Assembly (NCBI GenBank): GCA_965248195.1
Contig: CBDFIQ010000002.1
Span: forward strand, 2,624,001 to 2,688,000
DNA from: Longimicrobiales bacterium
GTDB taxonomy: Bacteria > Gemmatimonadota > Gemmatimonadetes > Longimicrobiales > Gaopeijiaceae
DNA length: 64,000 nucleotides
Direction of reading: 5' to 3'
Below, piece by piece: positions 57,228 through 64,000 of this stretch. A program made the position numbers and the translations under genes. The notes under the pieces were generated by a model. It saw nothing but the letters and a program-made list of their open reading frames with translations, made no database searches and was not told the origin of the DNA. Position 1 is the first letter of the stretch, and each line of letters begins with the position of its first letter.

Positions 57228-58624
57228 TGACCACCAGCGCGCTCAAAGACCGCCTTCTCAAGATGGCGTCGGTGACCTCCGTGATGGGGATCGGCAACGT
57301 GGTGGGGATGGCAAGCCTGATCGTCAAGAACAAAGCGCTCGCGGTTCTTCTGGGACCGGCAGGTATCGGCATCATCTCCCAGGCCGTTCAGCTTCAACAG
57401 GTGGTGGCCAACGGAGGATCGCTGGGCCTGTCCTCAGGTCTCCAGCAGTCGCTGAGCAAAATCAGGAATCCCGACGACCCGAAATTCAGACGCATCGCAA
57501 ACCTGGGCTTTCGCCTGCTGCTCGCGATGTTTTTCGTCACCGCTTTGGTGGTTCTGATCTTCCGACGACCGATCTCCCAGGCGGTCTTCGACGGCTATCA
57601 CCCGAGCTGGATTGCCGCCATCTCGCTCTGGCTGGCGCTGACTCCCATCTCCATGGTCATCGACGCGATCTTCGTATCGGCGCAGCGTCCTGGGCTCTTC
57701 AGCGTCTCGCGGATCGCGCAGTTCTCGCTGCTAGCTCTTGGAACCGTGGCCGGTGCGCTCTTGGGGGGTGTGGGGGGAGCTATCTGGGGATCGGCGATCG
57801 GCTTCGCCCTTGCGATGGCCTACGTGTACTGGAAGTCCAACCGTGAACTGGGATCGCCGACCCTTTCGCTGGGCATCATGCTCACCCGCGAGGCATGGGA
57901 AACCGATCGGCGGTATCTGTCGGAGATCTGGGGAGTCGGGTGGGTGACGGCCGTTGCTGGAACGCTCACGATTCTTGCGGCCTTCCTCATGCGCACCCTC
58001 CTCCTTCACCAGGCGGGTGACGCCAACCTGGGTCAATACCACGCCAGCTTCGCGCTCGCCGCGATCCTGGGGCCGATCGTGGCAAACGGCATCTGGGGGC
58101 ACTTCTACCCCCAGGTGTGTGCCGCGTCGGACCCAGCCAAGTGCCGAGAGTTGGTCACCACGGTGGCGAGCTTCGCACTTCTTGCCCTCGTGCCCATGTT
58201 CATCGCCCTCGTGATCGGAGCTCCGATCCTGGTCAGGGTGCTCTTCACGGCTGAATTCACGGACGTCGTTCTGTACTTGCCCTTGCAGGTAGCATCGGAG
58301 CTCCTGCTGCAGTTCAGCACCATTCCCAGCTTCCTGCTTCTTGGCCGGGACTTCCGATTCTCGTATATGCTGAGTAGGGCGATCTACCCGGCGCTCCTGG
58401 TCGGCCTGGGGTTCGGCCTGCTAAGGGAGAACGGCGTGGAAGGCCTGCTCTGGGCACAGGTGATCGCGGCGCTGGCGAGCCTGCTCGTCGGGGTGGTGTT
58501 GGCCAAAGTCCGCTTCGGCGTCACGGTCCCCATCCTGCTCGTGGTGGGCGCGATCGCGTCCGCTGCTGCGTTGATCTGGTTCGGTCCGGCCTTGGTGGGA
58601 CTCCTGGCGTTCGTCGTGAGCTGA
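57227..58624 (+). CDS. wzx: Oligosaccharide flippase (Wzx/MOP superfamily)
   Basis: About 12 hydrophobic segments; KALAVLLGPAGIG; located within the glycan cluster. Confidence 0.82.
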   Translation: MTTSALKDRLLKMASVTSVMGIGNVVGMASLIVKNKALAVLLGPAGIGIISQAVQLQQVVANGGSLGLSSGLQQSLSKIRNPDDPKFRRIANLGFRLLLAMFFVTALVVLIFRRPISQAVFDGYHPSWIAAISLWLALTPISMVIDAIFVSAQRPGLFSVSRIAQFSLLALGTVAGALLGGVGGAIWGSAIGFALAMAYVYWKSNRELGSPTLSLGIMLTREAWETDRRYLSEIWGVGWVTAVAGTLTILAAFLMRTLLLHQAGDANLGQYHASFALAAILGPIVANGIWGHFYPQVCAASDPAKCRELVTTVASFALLALVPMFIALVIGAPILVRVLFTAEFTDVVLYLPLQVASELLLQFSTIPSFLLLGRDFRFSYMLSRAIYPALLVGLGFGLLRENGVEGLLWAQVIAALASLLVGVVLAKVRFGVTVPILLVVGAIASAAALIWFGPALVGLLAFVVS

Positions 58625-58675
58625 GATATGGAAACGAACGCCCCCGAGGAAACCGGCTCTCGGCCTTCCGAGTGG

Positions 58676-59356
58676 TCACCGGCGGGCGGAGGCGATAATG
58701 CGCGTGGTGAGGATTCTCGGATTCTGGGAATCGACACCCCGCTCTAGAAAGTAGACCAGGCGCAGCCCCATCCTCCACAGGGCCTGCGCCACCGCAAAGA
58801 TGCGCGACTTGAGCCCCATGATCGTCGTCGGTCTCCCGCGAAGTACGATATCGGAGAAGCCTGCCTGCTCCAGATAGTAGCGAAGCAACGTCTCCGTCGG
58901 GATCCACTCTATATCGGGATCCTTGTACGCAACGTACGCACCTGTCCACGCCGCCCCGTTGAACGTCTCGAGAAGGACCCGACCTCCGGGAGCGGTGGCT
59001 TTCCACACGGCTCGCAGCAATGCCGGTACCTCGGCCTTGGGCAGGTAGTAGAGGACATCCTTGAGGACAACAAGACCGAACTGGTCCTCATGCCGAGCCA
59101 GGTAGCTCGGCAGATCCGACACGACCTCGACGTTCGGTGTCACGTTGGCGGCCGCCCAACTCACGACCTCCTCATCCCGGTCCACACCGCGCAGGTCCGT
59201 GTAGCCGTGCCGAGACAGAAACGCGAGCATTCTTCCGTGGCCGCAGCCAATGTCCAGGATGGGTGTGGATTTGTCGGCCGGAAGCTCGCCTCGGTAGGAC
59301 TGATCCAGGTCTTCAAAATGAAAGGCTTCGGGGGCCCGATAGAATCCCTCGCTCAT
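58676..59356 (-). CDS. Class I SAM-dependent methyltransferase
   Basis: ILDIGCGHG, GVD and APGG. Confidence 0.88.
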   Translation of the reverse strand: MSEGFYRAPEAFHFEDLDQSYRGELPADKSTPILDIGCGHGRMLAFLSRHGYTDLRGVDRDEEVVSWAAANVTPNVEVVSDLPSYLARHEDQFGLVVLKDVLYYLPKAEVPALLRAVWKATAPGGRVLLETFNGAAWTGAYVAYKDPDIEWIPTETLLRYYLEQAGFSDIVLRGRPTTIMGLKSRIFAVAQALWRMGLRLVYFLERGVDSQNPRILTTRIIASARR

Positions 59357-60324
59357 TCCAGGCCTCCGCGATCCCCATCGCCCTTGGTCGCAACAAGACA
59401 GAGGTATTGGGCCAACGGTACAGCCCAGCTCCGCTTTTTAATCCCACTGTCGATCGGAGAGAGGGCGGAATCGAAGAAGGAGAGGCCCAGGCGCCCCCCA
59501 AACGTGTAAAAGAGACCGCGAGGTAGAACGGTCAGAGGAAAAGCTTCGATGTTGGTGAACCCGGCCTCACGGAGCGACTCCACCCAACGGCTCGGGCGTT
59601 GCCGCGACCACTCCTCTACAAAGTGGGCGTACTCGCCATGTGGCTTCGGGAGCGGAAACTGAGGATAGGCCTCCCAGAACGTCCGCCAGTTGTGAATCCG
59701 ATGGGTGGGAGCCGCGGAGGTCGACGGTCCGCCCGGCGCCTGAGGCCCTCCTGAAGTCACCCGTCTCCGCCGCAGTTTCTCGCCGATCCTGCGAAGCAAG
59801 CGCGCCATGGTGTCCACGTAGAAGTGGATCGGATAGACGACGTTGTGCGCGGACGCGGGCACGGTCGCGATCATGCGGCCTCCCGGTTTCAACACCCGTC
59901 GCGTCTCTTGGAGCGCTCGATGTCGATCCGGGACGTGCTCGAGCACGTACAACGAATACGCAGCGTCGAAACTCTCATCGGGGAACGGAAGGTCCACGGC
60001 CGAAGCACCCTCGACGGTAACGTTCGAGAGGCCCAGCATTTCAAAGAGTTCCACAGCGCGTTCGAGGCCGATCGAGTGGGCCGATGGGTCCTCCTCGGGG
60101 AGGTCGGTCGCGACCAGGGAGCCGATCGAAGGCGCAAAGTACGCGGCGGCCAGCCCGTTGCCACACCCCAGTTCCAGTACCCGATCGTTTGGTCCAAAAC
60201 CCGCTAATTGGCTGACCGCCGCTAGTTCGGGCACGCGCATCTCGAAATGGCCGGCCCACGTCTCCAAGTCGGGATGCTCGGCGAGGATGCCCCGGATCGT
60301 GTCCAGCGTCGGATGTGCGGTCAT
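59353..60324 (-). CDS. Class I SAM-dependent methyltransferase
   Basis: Start MTAHP (ATGA overlap); VLELGCGNG, LPFPDESFD, VLEHVPD and RVLKPGG. Confidence 0.9.
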   Translation of the reverse strand: MTAHPTLDTIRGILAEHPDLETWAGHFEMRVPELAAVSQLAGFGPNDRVLELGCGNGLAAAYFAPSIGSLVATDLPEEDPSAHSIGLERAVELFEMLGLSNVTVEGASAVDLPFPDESFDAAYSLYVLEHVPDRHRALQETRRVLKPGGRMIATVPASAHNVVYPIHFYVDTMARLLRRIGEKLRRRRVTSGGPQAPGGPSTSAAPTHRIHNWRTFWEAYPQFPLPKPHGEYAHFVEEWSRQRPSRWVESLREAGFTNIEAFPLTVLPRGLFYTFGGRLGLSFFDSALSPIDSGIKKRSWAVPLAQYLCLVATKGDGDRGGLE

Positions 60325-61484
60325 GAGGACCCGGCCAAGTCGGTGTAGATCTCTCTCAGGATGCGATTCTGGCGCTGCTCCGAGAACTGCTCGACCACCT
60401 GCTGGTGGCCGGCCCGGCCCATGGCCGTCCAATCACTTGGCCGTTTGGCGAGCCTGCGCATCGTGTCAAAGAGTGAGTCCTCCGTCTCTGCGCAATAGAG
60501 CCCGCTCACGTCTTCGACGACCGAAATCTCGGATCCGGGGAACCGTGTGCATACGACCGGAAGCCCTGCTGCTTGGGCGCATACCAGACACAGGGAGGGC
60601 CCCCCCTCGTCATCTCCGTTGGGGGCGGCGATGGAAGGCAGCACGAAAATGTCATGCCTCTCGAGTTCCGAAGAGAAGAGCTCGTGGAAATCGCCCGACA
60701 GGCCTGTATCGTGCAGCCGTACGCGATCCTGGAGACCCAACCGTTCGATGTCGCCCTCGATCTGGCCTTTCAGCGTCCCGTAGCCGATCGCGGTCAGCGT
60801 AGCGTCGAGTCCGCCCTCCACGAGGCGCACGAAGGCGGGGATGAGCAGGTCGTATCCTTTCTTCTCCACGAAACGTGCCGCCGTAACGAAACGAACGGGG
60901 CCGTCGGTTCCGCGCTCCCGATAGGGGTATCGCTCGATGCGTGCCGGAAGATTGAATACGCTGATCTTTCCCGCCGGGCATCCATCGGCCACGAGCCGAT
61001 CGCGGACCACCTCCGAGAGCACCAGGAACCGGCTGTAGGCGTCGTACATTCGCCGATACGGCTTCCGCCAGCGCGGATCCCTGAGCGTGGCACTCGCATC
61101 GACCCCGTAGAGCGACACCACACCCGGTAGTCCGGTCGTTTCGAGAATGCCGACCGTCCGAGCGGCTGTGGTACCAAAATGTGCGTGAACCAACGAGACG
61201 CCGTATTTCTCGATCGCCTCGACGCAGAAGTCCACAAAACGGCGCTAGCGAAGCGGCGCGGTCACCCGACGCCGAAGCCGTTGAACGACCCCCGCACCGG
61301 TCGGAGAAAAGTTCGCCCCGACGTTACGACCCAGCGTGTGGTCGTCGAGCAGCTGAACGCCCTCATGCAGGTCCTCCACGAGATTGAACGACTCGAATGC
61401 CGGGTGTGCGCGCGAGCTTGCATGGGAGTCCACGAAGGTCCCCGGCAAATAGTCAGCCCAGATGTTTCCGACCACGATTGACAT
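60321..61484 (-). pseudogene. GT4 (WcaL-like) glycosyltransferase with an in-frame TAG at 61245-61247
   Basis: ORFs 61245-61484 and 60321-61235 share a frame: VTAPLR*RRFVDFC...VHAHFG; ARFVEKKG and DIFVLPS...GDDEG. Confidence 0.85.
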
Positions 61485-61609
61485 GGCGTCTCGCTGCACT
61501 CGTGAGAAGCTGAGAAACTAGCCCCGCACGTGGCATTTCCACATATCTTGAAGAGAGCCCCAGCCTGAAATGATCCTACGCTCCACCAATAAAACACGGG
61601 ACATTCCCA

Positions 61610-62596
61610 ATGCACAGACCGGACTACGCCGGAAAGCGGATTCTCATCACGGGCGGGTTAGGCTTCATCGGGTCGAGCCTGGCCATCGAGCTGGTGGAGT
61701 CCGGTGCTGAGGTTACCGTGGTCGACTCCATGATTCCGGCGTACGGCGCGAACCTCTTCAACATAGAGCCGGTGCGAGATCGTCTACATATCAACTACTC
61801 AGACATTCGCGATCGGTACAGCCTGGAGCACCTGGTCCGCGAAAAGGACTACCTCTTCAATCTCGCTGGCCAGCTCAGTCACATCGACTCCATGCGAGAC
61901 CCGATGACCGACCTCGAGATCAACTGCGCTGCACAGTTATCGCTCCTCGAGTGCATAAGGCGTGTCAATCCCGATATCAGAATCGTTTTCGGAAGCACTC
62001 GACAGCTCTACGGACGTCCACAGTACCTCCCCGTCGACGAAGACCGCCCGATCAAGCCGGTCGACGTGAACGGCATCAACAAGTGGGCGAGCGAGTCGTT
62101 CTTCCGCCTGTACCATGAAGTTCATGGCATCGCGTCCGTCAGCGTCAGGCTCACGAACACCTATGGACCCCGCATGGACCTCCGGAGCACCACGAAAGGT
62201 TTCGTTGGTATCTTCGTGAGGAGGGCGCTTCAAGGCGAACCCATCGACGTGTTTGGGACGGGCGAGCAGAAGCGGGATTTCAACTACGTGGACGACGTCG
62301 TCGAGGCGCTCCTCGGGGCTGGCCAAACCGAGGAGGTCTACGGAAGGGCCCTGAACCTGGGGCACCCCCGTCCGTACAGCCTGAACGAATTCCTGGAAAT
62401 CCTCGCGGGACTCGCCGACTTCACTCATGCGCGTAAGGAGTGGCCCGATGATCGGAAGAAGATCGACGTCGGAGACTACTATGGAGACTATTCGCAGTTC
62501 AGGAAGGCAACGGGCTGGGAGCCGCGCGTCGACTTGGCCGAGGGATTAGAAAAGACCGTCGATTTTTTTCGGCAGCACGGATCCCACTACCTCTAA
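61610..62596 (+). CDS. NAD-dependent epimerase/dehydratase
   Basis: TGGLGFIGS, NLAGQ, STRQLYG, NTYGP and RDFNYVDD. Confidence 0.92.
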   Translation: MHRPDYAGKRILITGGLGFIGSSLAIELVESGAEVTVVDSMIPAYGANLFNIEPVRDRLHINYSDIRDRYSLEHLVREKDYLFNLAGQLSHIDSMRDPMTDLEINCAAQLSLLECIRRVNPDIRIVFGSTRQLYGRPQYLPVDEDRPIKPVDVNGINKWASESFFRLYHEVHGIASVSVRLTNTYGPRMDLRSTTKGFVGIFVRRALQGEPIDVFGTGEQKRDFNYVDDVVEALLGAGQTEEVYGRALNLGHPRPYSLNEFLEILAGLADFTHARKEWPDDRKKIDVGDYYGDYSQFRKATGWEPRVDLAEGLEKTVDFFRQHGSHYL

Positions 62597-62606
62597 AGGG
62601 TTCGCG

Positions 62607-63725
62607 ATGCCCAGGATCCCCAGTTTCGACTACCTCCGTGGGTTGGAAGAGGACCGGATCGATACCCTGCGTGCGATCGAGCGGGTTCTCGATTCCGGCC
62701 ACCTCATTCTAGGGCCCGAGTTGGAGACCTTCGAAGAGGAGTTCGGGACTTACCTGGGCATCGAACACGTGGTCGGCGTGGCGAACGGCACGGATGCAAT
62801 CACCCTCGCCCTGCGAGCCCTGGAGATCGGGCAGGGCCACGAGGTCATCACGGTCGCCAACACCGCGGTGCCGACCGTCGCGGGAATCCGCGCTACTGGC
62901 GCCATTCCGAGGTTCGTGGATGTGGACACGGACCGGCTGCTGATGGATGCTGCAGGGCTAGAGCAGGCGCTGAGTGAACGCACGCGGGCCGTCATCCCCG
63001 TGCACCTCTACGGGGATCCCGCCCCGATCTCCCAGATTCAGGCCTTTGCCGCGCAGCATCACCTGCACGTCATCGACGACTGTGCCCAGGCGCATGGGGC
63101 TCGATCGGGCGGTCGCATGGTCGGGACCCACGGAGTGGTCAACTGCTTTTCTTTCTATCCCACCAAGAACCTGGGCGCGTTCGGAGACGCCGGCGCCTGT
63201 ACTACGTCGAGTCCCGAAATCGCCCACCGCCTGCGGATGCTACGGACCTACGGGTTCGACGGCGACGGGCACACGCACGTCGAGGGCTTCAATAGCAGGC
63301 TTGACGAGGTACAGGCGGCGATTCTGCGGGTGCAACTGAAGTCGCTGGACAGGCGCGTGGCAGCTCGCCGCGAGGTGGCGGGCCAATACCGTGAGCTCCT
63401 TCGGGGCGTTCGGCTCCCCCCGGGCGACGGGCCCGACTCAGAACACGCTTACCATCTGTTCGTCGTGCGCGTGTCCGAACGGGATGCCGTCCGGTCGGCG
63501 CTGGCAGACGAAGGGATTGGCACCGGCATTCACTACCCGGAGCCGATCCATCGTATGGAGGCGTATGAGTTCCTTGGCTACCCTGCCGGAAGCCTTCCGG
63601 TGACGGAATCCGCGGCAATCCAGTTGTTGTCTCTGCCCATGTTCCCCGAACTCCGTCCGGAGGAGATCAGTCAGGTCGCGGATGCCGTCAACACCGCCGT
63701 GCAGCGGAACGAAGATCCGCAGTGA
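62607..63725 (+). CDS. DegT/DnrJ/EryC1/StrS sugar aminotransferase
   Basis: NGTDA, PVHLYG, DCAQAHGA, FSFYPTKNLGAFGDAG and NSRLDEVQAA. Confidence 0.95.
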   Translation: MPRIPSFDYLRGLEEDRIDTLRAIERVLDSGHLILGPELETFEEEFGTYLGIEHVVGVANGTDAITLALRALEIGQGHEVITVANTAVPTVAGIRATGAIPRFVDVDTDRLLMDAAGLEQALSERTRAVIPVHLYGDPAPISQIQAFAAQHHLHVIDDCAQAHGARSGGRMVGTHGVVNCFSFYPTKNLGAFGDAGACTTSSPEIAHRLRMLRTYGFDGDGHTHVEGFNSRLDEVQAAILRVQLKSLDRRVAARREVAGQYRELLRGVRLPPGDGPDSEHAYHLFVVRVSERDAVRSALADEGIGTGIHYPEPIHRMEAYEFLGYPAGSLPVTESAAIQLLSLPMFPELRPEEISQVADAVNTAVQRNEDPQ

Positions 63726-63746
63726 CCGGTGGGGGTTGTTCCTGCG

Positions 63747-64000
63747 ATGAGTGACCGTCCCACCTTCGCCGTGGTCATCCCGACGTACAATCGGGCGACC
63801 CGGCTTGTGAACACGCTCGAGACCGTGTTCGATCAAGCGGGGCAGGCCACCGAGATTATCGTCGTCGACAACTGCTCGACCGACGAAACGCCCGAGGTCA
63901 TGTCCAACTTGATGGAGACCCATGAGAATCTCGGTTATTACCGCCATGAGGTGAACCTGGAGCGAGCCGCGTCGCGAAACACGGGAATGTCGAAGGCGAC
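63747..64000 (+). CDS. GT2 glycosyltransferase (runs off the right edge)
   Basis: Manual translation: MSDRPTFAVVIPTYNR...EIIVVDNCSTDET...NLERAASRNTG. Confidence 0.9.
   Translation, partial: MSDRPTFAVVIPTYNRATRLVNTLETVFDQAGQATEIIVVDNCSTDETPEVMSNLMETHENLGYYRHEVNLERAASRNTGMSKA

Overview
GC-rich bacterial window (about 65% GC by eye). The gene content (SusC/SusD-like pair, choice-of-anchor B protein, carboxypeptidase-regulatory/plug proteins, Bat operon, Bacillus-type sdhCAB) suggests Gemmatimonadota; this is inference only. In order: sdhCAB with an upstream cytochrome c lipoprotein; an FG-GAP/choice-of-anchor B protein; a four-gene minor pilin cluster; a DUF4139-type protein; a 5-kb insertion-sequence pile-up (IS3, GDPD and IS91 scraps, an IS256 inside an IS256 inside IS21 istB, next to a further IS256 remnant); a low-GC two-gene island (YeiH/PSE transporter) ending at a palindromic footprint; a set of exported catabolic enzymes (penicillin acylase, acetamidase, dihaem cytochrome c, PQQ dehydrogenase, Tat-type DSD1 PLP enzyme); a SEL1 protein, two barrel-less TonB-plug proteins, DUF3179 and susCD; a moxR-DUF58-batABCDE operon; and a large surface-polysaccharide locus running off the right edge. 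Several genes carry lesions that the ORF track hides (in-frame stops, a frameshift, an apparent internal deletion). No rRNA, tRNA or CRISPR array was seen. No new system can be proven from sequence alone. The best candidates for follow-up are the plug-only proteins beside susCD, the cysteine-dioxygenase-like protein in the glycan locus, the exported catabolic cluster, and the RBS-masking repeats of the IS256 elements. All family calls come from motif recognition; no database searches were run.
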